Source of the DNA: the human T2T-CHM13v2.0 reference genome, Homo sapiens
Assembly (NCBI RefSeq): GCF_009914755.1
Contig: NC_060925.1
Length of the DNA: 64,000 nucleotides
Direction: 5' to 3' (one strand)
The first letter of the stretch is position 1, and every line of letters begins with the position of its first letter. The notes below the pieces were generated by a model. It had not been told where the DNA came from. It saw only the letters and a program-made list of their open reading frames with translations, and did not search any database. Position numbers and translations under genes: made by a program. Below are positions 45,194-61,271 of the stretch, piece after piece.

Positions 45194-45372
45194 CAGTGGT
45201 TATCAATCTTAGCTACACACTGGATTCACAGGAAGCTTTAGAAAATACTGGTGATACCTGGTTCCCATGCCCAGAGCACCTGATTTAAATGGCCTGGGGT
45301 ACAGCCTGGGCATCAGGATTTTGAAAAGCCCCCCAGGTAATTCTGATATACAGTTGAGGTTTTGAACTATTT
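45194..45372. mobile_element. MER5-like hAT-Charlie element
   Basis: cagtggttatcaatctt...ccccaggtaattctgat; a second degenerate copy lies near 49700-49890. Confidence 0.7.
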
Positions 45373-47737
45373 CTCTAGAGTGTTTTGTTGCTGCCTGGGA
45401 AGGAAATGGTTCCTGTTTTTAAACCAAAGTTTAGGTGCTGTGCCTGCCTCTCACTGCCAGCTAGGCTGCAAGCCCTCAGTTTCAGAGGGTGAGATTTTTG
45501 CATAATTAGGTGAGGAAGAGGCACTGCAAAGATGGGGTTTCTTTTACTTGGCAGTGGAAAAGATAACCGTTTCTGATATTTCTTGGGAGGAATAGAAATA
45601 TCCTATAAGAAAATACACTGGGATGGGGTTGGTGTGGGGGATGGCTTGCTCCATGGCCTGAACAGCCATCTCTCTCCCTTCTTCCCCCCAGTTCTCCTTC
45701 CTCACCTGCCTCCAGAAAATACACCTTTGGTTTGGTCCCTGCAGAAACACTTCCTGTACTTTGTGTCTTGAATCCACCTTGTAACTTGAGGCCTCTGTAT
45801 ATCTTCCTGTGTCATTTTGCTGGAGTCTGTAAGCCCTCAGAAGACAGGAATCCCTTCTAAGAAACTCCTTTTACTGAACCCCAGAGAGGGTGATCAGGGA
45901 TAAATGCTTCAGGGTGGTGGGCACGGCCCCTCTTATCCTTACGGGAAGCATCTTGACTGGATATTCAGGTCAGGGACAGTGTTCCTCAGCACGAGGCTGG
46001 CCTTCAGCACAGAACTCTCCAGGGAGGGGCAGGGCTGGGTGAGCAAGTGCAGGGGTGGACTGAGGAGGGTGAGGCAGGCTGAGCTGGGGACGCGTCCTCC
46101 AAAGGTTTCAGTCTTTCATTCTTCTAGGTGCCTTTTTACCTTCAATGACACTTTTCCACTCTCTTTTCTCCCTTGGATCACTTCTGGAAAGGGTTTTAAA
46201 GAGCTCTGCCATATTCTGACCCCATTCTGACCTCTTACAGTGCTTTTATTCTTACCCAAAGAGAGATCACGCTTGAGCTCCTAAGAGAATTTCTTTTTCC
46301 TGTCTCCAAGGAAAGGAGTTGATGTGTTTCCCGGTCGTCGAGAGATTGAGGCCCTCATCTGGGAAGGGCTGAGCTTGCTTCTATAAATAGCCTTGTCAGA
46401 ACAACCTGTGTGGCTGCTCAGTTTGTGCCTGGCTAGAACAGAGCTTCAGGGAAGCCTCACTGCTGTGCGATGCCACCACCTGGGAGTTGCCACTGGTCAG
46501 TCCCAGGAGTTCCCAAGACTCCTCTCCAATGCCCTTTGGGAAGAGGTCGGAGGGGTGGGAAAGGTCTCCCCATTTCATAGGAAGGGGGTGCCTAAAGGTC
46601 AGGAGACAGCAAGGGAGATGGGGGCACCAGGCCCTGGGCCCTAGCTTGGTCTCTCTTTTCAGAAAATGGCAGTTTCCTGGGGCCACGTGCCTCCTTTGAG
46701 AGGGGCCGGGGACTTGGTTTTGAATCATACCACAGTTTTAGGAGGCTGAGGCAGTACTCTCCTGGTACTTTCCCACTTGGCTAGGCACAATTAGATCGTG
46801 TTTCTCTGGGTCAGGCATGTCACAAATGGGGCCTGGGGGAGAGCCAGCCTGTGGGCTTGGGCAGTGCAGACGTAGATGGTCTCAGTAAGACCATCACAGT
46901 TACCTCAATCTAAGGTGTTGCCTAGATGGGTAGGGGGACTTATCAGGTCACAAGACAAGGTTTTGATGGACCCAAGGTTAGAACTTCCCTCTTTTGCCTC
47001 CCAGGCCAGAGAATTTTCTTCCTTAGTCCCACAAAAGATAGGGTTTGGTGATTTGTAGGACTGGTGACTGTGAAGCCAGGCCAGGCCCTCTGTCCATCCC
47101 TCATATTTGTTCATTTTTTTCCTATCAGGGATCTGACCCTGGAAGTGGGGCCAGCTTCCATTCTTATCAATTTCCCAAATGCCTACAGGTGGTGGCCATT
47201 TAAGGCTTTGACATCTGAGCGGGAACACAGGCGTTCTGAACTCTTGGCATGTTAAACAGGCTCTGGGACCCCAGGACTCTGGCACCGGCCCAGAGCATTG
47301 GGGTGAGTGCTCTGAGGACAATACAGCTTTCTGCTTGCAGAATGTCAGAGCACCTCGCTTTATAGATGGAGAAACTGAGGCCCAGAGAGGTGGAAGGACG
47401 TCACTAGGCCACACATCTGTTTGGGTAGAGCCAGGACTAACACCCCTCCAGGACTCCTTGTCAAGTTCTCTTCTTCTTGGTCTTTTCCTACTCAGTAGAT
47501 GACCCAGGATAGACCGTAGGTCTTGTCCTCTCAGAACCTTCTACAAAATGGAACACTCAACTTCAGGCTGGGTCAGGTTTTGAAAGGTCCTTCCCATCCC
47601 TCCATTCCTTAAGGCATGCTAGCTAAGGGGACATTGACCCTACACTTGATTTTAGCAGGTAGTCCCTGTAATCTTACAACTTTAGTGACTTAAAAGTTCT
47701 TCTTGGTGTCTATCCTACAACTGAAATATGTTAATAG

Positions 47738-48150
<413 letters not shown>

Positions 48151-48833
48151 TATAGTTAAATATTATACTTAAGTACATAGAAAACACACTCCCATGCCCC
48201 CATCTGCCTAGGCTTTCTTGGGTCTACAGTGACACCATTGAATTCTTTTTCTTCAAGGAAGATGCAAGAGGAAGAGGGTCCTGGAGGTCAGATCCTACAC
48301 TGCTCCCTGTTCCCTGCCTGTAATTGTTCCATCTCCTCCTGCCTGGCCAGTCAGCTCCTCCCTGGACAGGATCCCTGTGGTACTCCAGGGGCACTAGCCA
48401 ACCCCACAGCCCTGGGACAGTTGGGGAGGTCCCCATCTCTCTGCTAGCAGCAGGCACACCCAGGCCTCAGGCATGGCACCTGCCCCTCACCACCTCGGCA
48501 TGAGAGAAAAGAAAAGATTACTAAAAATAAGTTAGCTCCAAATTTGAGCAATAAAAATAAAACTAGAATCTTTGGAACCACTGGCCCATTTGACTGTTTT
48601 TTATGTGCTGTCTCAAAGGCTTACATGGCCCAAGACTAGTCCCAGAAGAGATTTCAGACTGGCACAGCCTCCAGATAGCCTCATTTAGAGATGCCGTCCG
48701 AACTCCACACTGGTGGGATTCACTGCCCGCTGCCTCCTCTGGCCCTTCCCAGTATTGTCCGTCCTATAAGATCAGAACTCGCATCTCCTTCAGGTCCAAC
48801 AACATCAAGTACTTGGTTACAAAAGCCAGTATT

Positions 48834-49115
<282 letters not shown>

Positions 49116-52100
49116 GCCAGTATTGACCAAATACTGCTTGGGTTGAATTGCTGCATCTTCTCTCTTGCATCCTGTACAATCAGGATGGACTAACTTGAAA
49201 CAACCCCTGCTTTTCAGTCATTGAATATAATCAGAGGTTTATTTCCCCCTTTACTTAAAAAAGTTAGATTGGCAGGTGGGGATCAGGATAACACATGGGA
49301 AGCTTGTGGGCCAGACCCGGAAATGGTGGGTGTTTCTTGCAACCACGGGCCATTGGCTGGAACTCAGTCACGTGGCCACACCTAACCACAGGGGAGGTTG
49401 GGAAGTGAAGTACAGCTGTGAGCCCTGGTAGAAAAGGAAGCAGGTTGTGGTGAGCATTTAGCTGTCTCTGCCACACATGCCTCCTGCCACCGTTTCTGCG
49501 CCAGGCACCTGGGAAGCTCTGCTCATAACTGCTTGGTAAAGGACATGACCTGTTTCTTTGACCTTGTACCTCTCTCTCATCTGTCACTGAGGATATTCTG
49601 TTCTTGGGATTGGGTCCTGTCTCCCCCATCTAAACTGGAAATCTCTTGAGGACGGGTGCTTTTCCTCACTCAGCACTTCTCTGGTTTCTCTGTAGCATCT
49701 GAAACCTTCAGTGTTGCATCAAGGTGGCCTCAACCACCTGCACCAGAACTACTCTTTGAGAATGGAGTTTCAGGGGCCCTACTCCAGAGCTACTGGCTCC
49801 TGAATCTTTGGAGATGGGACCCTGGATTCTGCTTTTCTAATACTTTTCCCAGGTGATTCTCATATATGCTGCAATCTAGGAACCACCTGTTTAGGAAATA
49901 TTTGGTAATTGACTGCTTACCCCAATTGGAATGCAAGAAGAGAATGTGTCACAGATTCCTAAGAGGTTCCTAGGCTGGAAACTGAAGTCTAGAGAGGGAA
50001 GAGGATTTGCCCCCAGTCACACAGCTCAGTAGAGACAGATTCAAGGAGTCAGGCCCCCTGGGTCCTGCTCAGAGCTTTCTCTGCTAGTCTCATCACCACA
50101 AGCTGAACTCTCATTTCAAGGCCCTTTGAGATCTTGATGGCACATGATGTAAGGGAAGACACACAGCACTAACTGTAAATGAAGTCCTCCCTTCCCATCC
50201 AGCTCAAGCCACTAAGAGGTTATGGCCAAGTCATTTCAATCATCAGACTCAGGTACTTCATCCTGTCCTTCTCAACAAACACCCTTGTCATGTGAGTGTC
50301 CTTATCTTCCCTGCTGAGAGTCCCTTGCCTCTTTGCATGGGAACAGACCCTTTTTACTAGTTTCTCATGGGCCTGGTAGGGATTCTAGATATTGGCTGCC
50401 AAGTTCTCTAAACCATAAGGACTTCCCCTAGGGAGGGGTCAGAGAGACGACCTCCTCCAGGACCACCTGGAACTCACCCAAGACATCCTTGTTCACACGC
50501 CGCTTAGTCCAGGCCATCCCTCACTCTCTGTTCTGGTTCCTCCCCTCCTGCCCTCCTTCTGTCTTCACAGGTTTAGATAGTTTATCCAGAATCAGCTTTT
50601 CCCTATAAAGCAATTTCACTTACAGTTTGGGACACATAATATCCACCCACCCAAGCAGTTTAGGGAGAAAAGAAGAAAGATTTTATGCCAGTATCAAACC
50701 TTGAATCCCAGGTCTTATTGCACACTGTCAGATCAGGCTTTGGATCCAACTCCCAGCCTAGGAGCTTGAAGGGGTCCTAGCTTGGGGACCTCGATTCTCT
50801 TCTCTTCTGCTCTTCACTTACCAGGTACCCCACACCTGTGTATCTTCTGGCTTTGGGAGCTCCCTGGGTGGGGAACTGAGACCTGTCCTGCAGGTCCTTG
50901 GTTTCTTCTTCTTCATGGTTTAGTCTACCTCAAAGAGCATGGGGTGGGGATCCAGACCTAGCCTGGCATATTTTCCAGAGACAAGAGGATGAGATAAAGT
51001 GCCACGAATCAGGAGCACTTGATTTCAGGGCCAGGAGGAAGAAAAGAGCTGCACTGACAGACAGCTTCAGGCTTGAATTGCTGAGCCTGTGGCTTCTGTT
51101 CACAGAAGGCTTCTGTCCTGGGGGCTCATCTCCCCTCTTCTCCCACAGCATCCCAGCTTTAGCTAATCACTCTCCAGCCTACATCCCTCGCCCCACCTCT
51201 CTTCCTAGCTCTAGAATGGCATTTTCTACAGCTTCCTGGAGGTCTCAGATACCTTAAATTTAGTATGTCCAGAACCAACTCATAACTCATTTATTTCTCT
51301 GTCTCTGCCCCACCCTCCTAGTCCCCCACCTTCAATACCTCAGGGGTCTTCACCTCTTCTATTCACCCCATCTGTCCCCGCAGTGCTGCAGAGGTCAGGC
51401 CTCTCCTCTCTGTCCCCGCCTCACCCTGTGTTGGCTGCTCGTAGCCTCTCACTGAGATGCCCCAGTAAGTCAGTTACCCTGCAGTTTCAATCCTGTGTTT
51501 TCCCCTCTGTGTATCCTGCCTACAACTGCCAAGGGCTTATTTTTCCCATATCCCAAAATTTTCCCAGGTTCCCTTTCCTTCCGGAGTGAAGCCCATACTT
51601 GGTTCTCCCTCTTTAGTACAGCGTCCAAACTCTGCAGCACCTGGCCTCAGTCAGAATGTTGTGTTTTTAACTTTCCTATAGCACTGAGCACCACAGGTGG
51701 GGGACATAAAGATGGATGAGATGGGGTTTCTGTACTTGAAGGCCTTAGGGCCCCCAGCCCACATTGTGTAACAGACCCTAGCTGCTCCCCTTCCCCATCC
51801 ATGAAGTGTTTGGATGGAGGCCCTTCCATATCCTAGTGGAAGATGCTCTCAGCAACTGCCTTGCAGCCACATGGCCTTTATCATGACATGGCAGCAACTC
51901 CTGAGACAGGGAGGATGGAGGGCCTGACTCCTAGAATCAAAGGGTTTGAACAGGAATTGCCCACGAGGGGCTGGGAACAGGCTGCCAGCAGACACAGTGA
52001 CAGAGCTGCACCACCACTGAGGAGGATGGAGGGGGATTTACCTCACCTCTGAAAAGCAGAGCCTCCTGGAGCTGGAGGAGATGGTTAGGGGTTATCACAG

Positions 52101-55100
52101 CCATTCCTCTGTCCCCATGCAGGACTGCACATAACCCATGACAGGCAGGGGAAGGAAGGTCTGTTCATTACCACCATCCTAAGTTAGTTTACCATCTTAG
52201 CCTAAGTTAATTTACCATCCTAAGCAAGAAAAGCAGGGAGGGAGGCAGCAGAGTGTTCATGCCTGACAGATGTCGCTGGCGGAATTTCTGCTACCATCAA
52301 GCCAAAAAGTTGACACATTCTATGAGGTAACATGTGAAAGGGGGTGAGCCAAGGGCAAGGTTGCCAGCCCCCATGCTTGTCCAGCTCTAAAGCACATGCT
52401 CATCCCACCACACACACAGCTGAGGGAAGAGTCCAGCTTTGAAAGGCTCCAAATAAGCTCCAGTCACCCCTCTCAAGCTCTGATGTCCTGCCGTAGGAAG
52501 CTGTTTTTCTCATTCAGTCAATTTCCTGATGCTGAAATTCAGGCCGTTTTTTCCTGTTCTAGTCTTGGGAAATCTGGGTTACTGTACTTTGTTATCATGA
52601 TCATCTCATCAGCCTCCAACTCGTGAACCCCTCATTATCCTCCTCATCTCCAGGCTCTCCCCCATGTGGTGAGTGGTGGTGAACTGTTCCCCCCACTTTG
52701 CTGTGGATGACATGCAGGAACTGGGTCTGCAGGGCCCTCGCTTTGCAGTGGGGAGCAAGAGGCAGGTCTTCTCACCCCAGAACTGAAGCTCCACCTATCC
52801 CCTCCGTTGGCTGGAGCACAGTGAAGAGGCACTTGGCACCTATAATGTCGATGCTCACACTTGGCTGGGAAGGCGTGGGTTCAGGAGGAGAATGTGGGAG
52901 CTGGTGATTCCAGAGTGTTAGAGGGCATTTCCAGTTGTAACTCAGATGTCCCCTTCTCTGTGCTCCCCAAACACCTCGCCGCTCTTTCTCTCCTATCTCT
53001 CCTTTCAATGGGCTATAATTTTCTGGACCAGGGACCATAGCTTGTTCATCACTGTGTCCCCTGGCACGTGGTAAGTGCTTAATGTGGGTTTGACAGAGGA
53101 GGAGTGGGTTTGGAGCTTCTTTCCCAGGGGACATGAGCAAGTACTTTAGGGCAAGGTTTGTGAAAGTTGATCTCAGGACTATTTTAAAGGGAAGCTTGCT
53201 AAGATTCTGGATGTGGAATAAATGGATTTTTCCAGTTATCAGGAAATGAAAAATCCCACTGAGTGAGCAGAAAATGCAAGGACAACTTTTCAAACCTACA
53301 GCAGCCCCCACCACCCCAGCTGTGATTGTTCAGCTGTTTGCGCTGGAGGAAGGGGGTAGGCAGGGCTGGGTCACTAAGCAACCAAGCCCTGGCACCTGCT
53401 GGCAGGAGAGTTGGTGTGGGTCTTCTGTCTTCCTCTAGTGGGGCCTCCGAGGGGGTTGGGCAGAGGGGTCCATGGGAGGGAGCGGGGGAGCCTGCTCTGA
53501 CAGATTCCCTCTGTCTGCCTTTCAGCTTTGGGGAATGGCAGATTGGGGAGGAAGAAACCCATAAATCTTTTGTTTATTTTACTCTCCCAATTTAATATTG
53601 AGTGGGTGAAAGATCCTGGTTTGGCAGTGCCATTGGTCTGGGCACCCACAGTCAATGGATGGAGCGGGGAGGAGCAGGCTGTACTGGGGCCCTGTACCTG
53701 AAGGGAGCCTGTCCCTGGGCCTGGGAACCCACACCCAGCCTTCACTGTGTGTGACCTCGGGGAACCACCACTCTAGGCCTCACTTTCTCCCTCTGTAAGA
53801 CGGGAAGACTTGGCGAACTCTGGGGCTGGGGATGGTAAAGGCCATTTTGAGAAACACAGTTGCCAGAGGTAGGGCTCATGACTGGGGTGTGTGGAGGTAT
53901 AAGGCTGTGTTCACAGACAAGGGCAGGCACAAGGGGCTGCTGGGAAATGGCTGGAATGTGCGATAGTAATGGCTGGTGATTGGGCGTTGATATGTGTCAG
54001 GGACTGTCTTAGGTGCTTTACTGGTAAACACTCAATCCTCAAAACTACCATACGAGGTAGGTACATTATTGTTGCTACTTAAGAGGAAACTGAAGCACGG
54101 GAAGGGGTCAAATAATGTGCCCAGGGTCACATAATAGTAAGTGGCAGATCCTGAAGTTGGACCCAAGTAATCTAATGCCAGAGCTCCTAACCACTAAACT
54201 GTAGCTCTTTCCAGAACTCTCCAAGTAGTTGAAGCTCTTGACCTCACAAAGGATGCCCACAAATGCAGCCTCATGACAGCAGTACCATCTTGGAGTCACT
54301 GAAGATAGGACCCTTTGCCAGGCCATTTAGGGGACAGAGGAGATCAAATGTCCCTGCCCCTGGGCCTTTATGGCACAGTGAGGGGACACAAGCATTAAAA
54401 GACTCAGAGCTAGTTAATAGCTAAGTGGATATGTTTCAGTATCACATATTAATCCCTGAGCACCTGGGTGCCAAGACTGCCAGCCCAGGGTGGGGTTAAC
54501 AGGGCACGCAGCATGTGAGGAGAGGACTCGTGTGGGCTGGTGAAGAGGCGCCCCAGCCCTCAAAGCTGCAGGTGGAGGGAAGCCAGGAAGGGCTGCACTT
54601 CCCCAGTGGTCAGCGCAGGCTGGCGTCCTGGCTGCTGGCGCAAGTCTCAAGCTGCCCCTCCCCTTCTAGCAAGCATGGGCGGTGTGGGTATGCGGGGTGC
54701 TGGGTACTGACTCACCTCCGGAGACCACTCGGCTCCCACACACCACCTCTGAATGATCTGAATCATTTATGGGGCTGAATGCCCTGTCCTCCAGGGAGCT
54801 CCAGCTGGAGCTGGAGCCAGCATATGGAGGTGGAGAGAGCTCCCGCAGTCACCCGGGCCCTGTACAGCCTGCAGGCAGAACCTATAAACTGGACTCCTAA
54901 AGCCACTCCTCTCAAGGCCTGGAGATTCTGCTGAGTTTCACTCTTTGGCTCTCAGAGCATCTGGAACTCTACATAAAGCTGAGGAACCCTTTGTTTAAAC
55001 CATTCTTGTGCAGGAAGTTCACTATGTGAGGGCAGGGATGTGATTTGGAGGTGGGGATGGATAGCTCCAACGGTGAGCCAATACGTAGCTCCTAGCTCTG

Positions 55101-55258
55101 GAGCACCAAGAGTGTGCTGTGACTCTATGACCACATCCATCTCTCTAGACGCATATGAGGCTGGAAAGCCAGATGTTGACCTAACCCTGACCTTGCCATG
55201 ACAGGGTAGTGGGAGAACATCTGGAGAAGGCTGGGAAGTCCCCACTACCTGAACCTTC

Positions 55259-55829
55259 TGTAGGGGCCAAGGCAGAGCTTCCGCTTGGCCCTCTGAAGGT
55301 TTGCTGAAAATCACTGCCATGAGGCAAATTGATGAGCAGGCAAAAAGGCACACACATTTATTTAACGTGTATTCGCGGGAGCCTTCAGAATGAAGACCCA
55401 AGCCCCAGTGGGGTACAGAAGCCCATACACATCCTAAGGTTACAGAAAGACTGTGGGCTCAGAGCATGGCCCCAAATAGGTTATGGTTGGTAAATCAGGT
55501 TTTAGTGGCAACACAGGTTTTGGGAGGGGAAGAAGAGGAGGCTTGGCTAGCCAAGGTGGTCTTGTTATGTAGATGAAACCTCACAGGTAGCAACCCTCAG
55601 AGAGAAGACATGGTAAATGTTTCTTTCAGATCTTTAAAGATGTCAGACTCCATTAATCTCTCCTAGATCTGGACAAGGGAAGAAGCCTTGGCTGCATTAA
55701 AGGAGATTCTCTACAGATGCAAATTTCCCCCACAAAGGACAGCTTTGCAGGGCCACCTCAGTCTGCTGGCCCTGTGACAGCCATCTCAAATTATGTCAAA
55801 GTAATATATTTTATCTTTTTCATTCCTCA
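55259..55829 (-). mobile_element. ERV1-class solo LTR (MER34/MER39-like)
   Basis: tgtaggggccaagg...ctctgaaggtttgctgaaaatcact...tacagatgcaaatttcccccacaaag...ttcctca. Confidence 0.7.
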
Positions 55830-56218
55830 TGACTTAGTTTGCTCTAGAATGTGGGTAGGTGGACCAGTTCATCTTGAGGCCCCTTCCTGATCTCTGAGCA
55901 CAGGCTTCTGTGCCCCTGACCTTTCTGGGCAGTCCCCTGGGAGGTTTTGAGCAGGCATGCCCGCTACGACTGCAGCAGCTCCTTTGAGCTAGGCTGGGCT
56001 GTCCAGGTCATTTTTTGTGTTCATTTTGCATCCCAGGAGAGTGGCCTAGTCCTAGGAAAAGAGCCTGGTCTTGGAGGGCTTGGCGTGATGGAGGCCCAGT
56101 TGCTTAGATGTGGCATTGACTCCTCGCTTGGAATACAGAAAGTAAGGGAAGCTCCCAACTCTATGGGAAACAGATAAAACCAGCCAGTGACATGGCCTCC
56201 AGGTTTCCCCTGCCCTTT

Positions 56219-57530
<1,312 letters not shown>

Positions 57531-58658
57531 GGAATACTCTCTAAATTGGCCTGAAAGAACTGAGAGAGCTTAGGAGAGAGTTGGCCTGGGATGGGGTATT
57601 GGGATCCACTCACTCACCTACCCACCGTCCATCCTTAATTAACTCTGCAGTACTCTGGTTCAGGGTGGTCTGGGAATACAAAGATGGAAAAGGTACAGTC
57701 ACTGACTGTGGTGTGCTCATAGTCTAATGAGGGACACAGGCTTGTACCACTAACACTAACGTACAGAGAGTCAAAGCAATGCTGGAATAATTGGGCATAT
57801 GCTGATGTTGTTGGAAAATCCACTAATTCTAGATAAGAGTGGGTATCCCAAAAGACACTGTCAGTTCCAGGGGCAGGAGGCCAATTCTGTCAGATGTAGA
57901 GAAGGGAGGACTTTTCAGGCAGAATGGTCAGATGAAGGGCTCAGGGAGACTGAAAGGACGCTGACCTAGGTGAGGCTGGGTGAGGGGACAGGGACCTAGC
58001 TGGAAATCCAAGGAGGAAAACACCCAAAGGAAGACCTTCTAGAAACTCCTGAGGGCATAAGATGTCCCAAGGGAAAATTCCTGTGGCCATCTCAGAAGAT
58101 TGAGTGTCACCCTCTTCTGTCTGGTTCAAACTTTAGACCTCTGAGCTAAAAAGGGGGCTTCATGAAGACCTGGAGCAGGGGAGAACAGAAATGGAAAGGA
58201 TTTGGGTCATCTATTTTCAGAAGCAGAGGACAGAATTCTCATCTGGTGTTCAGTAGTCTCAGAAGTAAATGGGTCCATGGACCAGCAATCCTACAAGACC
58301 TTTATAAAATTCTGGAACCTTTTAATTACCTTACATTTATTTTGGGGTTTAGGGTGCATGCGTGTTACTGCTTCTTTGTGTTTTCTTCAACGCATGAAGC
58401 CAATGTTTAATGAACCCCTATTGTGTGCCTGACACTGTTCTGGGAGCCGCCTCAGTGAACAAGCCAAAGACCCTGCCTTGAGGGAGCTTCTTCCGAGATA
58501 GCCCACACAGTTGTGTCCTAGGCCACAGCCTGGCCTTGGAGTGGCTGTGGATATCAGAAAAACCTCCAGAATCGAGTACATGGGCACAGCTTTACAGAAG
58601 AGCACATGGTGCCCCTGGGATGCAGCAGAGAGGAAGGGAGTCTGTCCAGACCTGGGGC

Positions 58659-58769
58659 TAGGGTAACCAAATGCACTGGTTCCCCCGGACTGTCCTGGTT
58701 TTAGCATTGAAAGCCCTGCATCCCGAGAAAACCCTCAGCCCCAGCACACTGGGACAGTCAGTCGCCCTA
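58659..58769 (+). mobile_element. MER81-like hAT-Blackjack MITE
   Basis: tagggtaacca...gtcgcccta inverted ends; gtcctggttttagcattgaaag core. Confidence 0.75.
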
Positions 58770-58794
58770 CCTGGGACTGAACAGCTGGAAAGTA

Positions 58795-59069
58795 TGGTCA
58801 CTTCTCCATGAGGCACAGCAGGCATCGTGCCACAGGCACACACGACTTTAGAGGTCCACAAAAACGTTTTAATTTCTTTAAAATCATGAGAAAAAAAATG
58901 AACATTTAGGTTGAAGAAAGTGTTTTAATATAGGATATTGATGTATTTGTCTTTATACCGATGCAATCATAGAATATAATTTTCAGTGGGTTTTTTTTAA
59001 TGGAGGAAGGGGCCCTTGGCCCCAAAGACAAAAGTTCTTAGGACCCATGAAAGTCATAATGTGGCCTTG
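58795..59069 (-). mobile_element. ORSL-like hAT-Tip100 element
   Basis: atggaggaaggggccc...gaaagtcataatgtggccttg matches the recalled ORSL end in reverse. Confidence 0.65.
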
Positions 59070-59181
59070 GCTGAAGGGCCTATCGGGAATCAAGGTCCCA
59101 TATTGGGTCCCCACTGACCAAGCTTTGGTCAAATGACTACTGAAGATGATAATGGAAAAATTTGGACAAATGACTACTGAA

Positions 59182-59238
59182 GATGATGATGATCATGATC
59201 ATGATGATGATGGTGATGATGATAATTTGGATGATGAC
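59182..59238. repeat. Imperfect (GAT)n
   Basis: Read directly; preceded by a short duplicated unit caaatgactactgaagatgat. Confidence 0.9.
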
Positions 59239-59418
59239 GCACTAGCTAACATTTATGGAGTGCTTACTGTGTACTTTGTGCTAAGCACTTTGAGGCCTGA
59301 GATCTCATTTCATCTTCACAACAAATGTATAAACTGCATTTCACAAAGAAATCAGTCTCCGTGTGGTGGCTCATGCCTGTAATCCCAGCACTTTTGGAGG
59401 CCGAGGTGGGCGGACTGC

Positions 59419-59785
59419 TTGATTTTTTACCTTCACATCAATCCCGTGAGGCAATAAAGGATTTTTATCCCAAATTTATAGATGAAGAAACTGAGGCATA
59501 TAGATTTTCTGACTTTCTCAAGACCATGTAGTGAGTAATAGGAGTCAGAAGCCAAATACACACTCATGTTCATCCTGCAGGTATTTACTGAATCTCTGCT
59601 ATGTGTCAAGCTGGCACTGGGATCTGGGACGCCATAGAGGGCAAGACAGGCACGGGTGCTTCTCTCACGGAACTCAGTATAAATGGAAATCCAAGGCTCA
59701 CTACTGCACTGTGATTCCTAGGAGAAATTAAGACCTCAAGAACCACTGAAGCAAGTATTGAGCAAGTATTTCCTATTTGCCTCAT
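59419..59785 (+). repeat. Local duplication, copy 1 (partner 63623-64000)
   Basis: Colinear, roughly 90% identical by eye. Confidence 0.93.
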
Positions 59786-59882
59786 GTTCAGAGCCACCAG
59801 GCATAGAGAAGTAGTAGCAGTGGATGTAAGTCATTAAAGAGCTTCAGTCTAGTTGGGAAGAAGACCCGAGATGGATGGTCTA

Positions 59883-60170
<288 letters not shown>

Positions 60171-60970
60171 TTAGGGGATTAAATGAGATCAGGACCTTGA
60201 ACCCTTCAGGGCAGTGCCTGACTACTGTCGGTTTTTAATATTATAATGAGGCTCTGCAGGGGCTTGAACTTAGGTCCCTGTAAGGGAGCTACTGTTCCCT
60301 GGTATGACCCACTCTAGCTGAGCTGTGCAGAGACTGAGATGGTCACCTCAAAGAGCAGGGGACCCCGTGTCCAGACTCTGGGGCATGCTGGCAACCTGAG
60401 GAGTCTGCGGGAGTGGCCTGATCTGTGCTGCTTGAGGCTTTTTGTCCCAGATCACACTGTACTTGCTCTGGTGTGCCACAGCGCATCCATCTCTGTCTTC
60501 CCTTCTCAGGTCACCTGCAGACTCCCAAGGACAGGGTCACATCCCATCTGCGTCATCTCTCAAGGTGCCTTTCACGATCCTCACCCATAGGCAGTTCATT
60601 CAGTTACTACTGGCGGACTGTTGACATTGACCATCTGCTCTACGTTTTTGTCTTTGGAGACTTGAGTCTCTTTCCATTCTCAACCTCCACCCGCCACCTC
60701 TTTTTTCCCTCTGCTCTGTTAATACACCCTACCAGAGCTGCTCAAATTCCACATGGAGCAGAAGCTCCATGATAAAGCCCCTTCCCTGCTCTGCTGCAAA
60801 TAACCTATTAGGGAACACAGTTAAGGAGTTCCCAACCCTTTTAATTTTGGGACAATGGACAGTGCCATAGAGGGACCTGTGGAAATCAACCCCTTCACTG
60901 CTGTGGTGGGTCTGTGGAGTCCATTTCAGAACACAGGCCTTCGAAGACCTGGGAGGGGGCCCTGCAGTAA

Positions 60971-61271
<301 letters not shown>

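Noticed and set aside
59146-59382. Poly-Asp ORF
   Set aside because: Translation of a (GAT)n repeat followed by MIR- and Alu-derived sequence.
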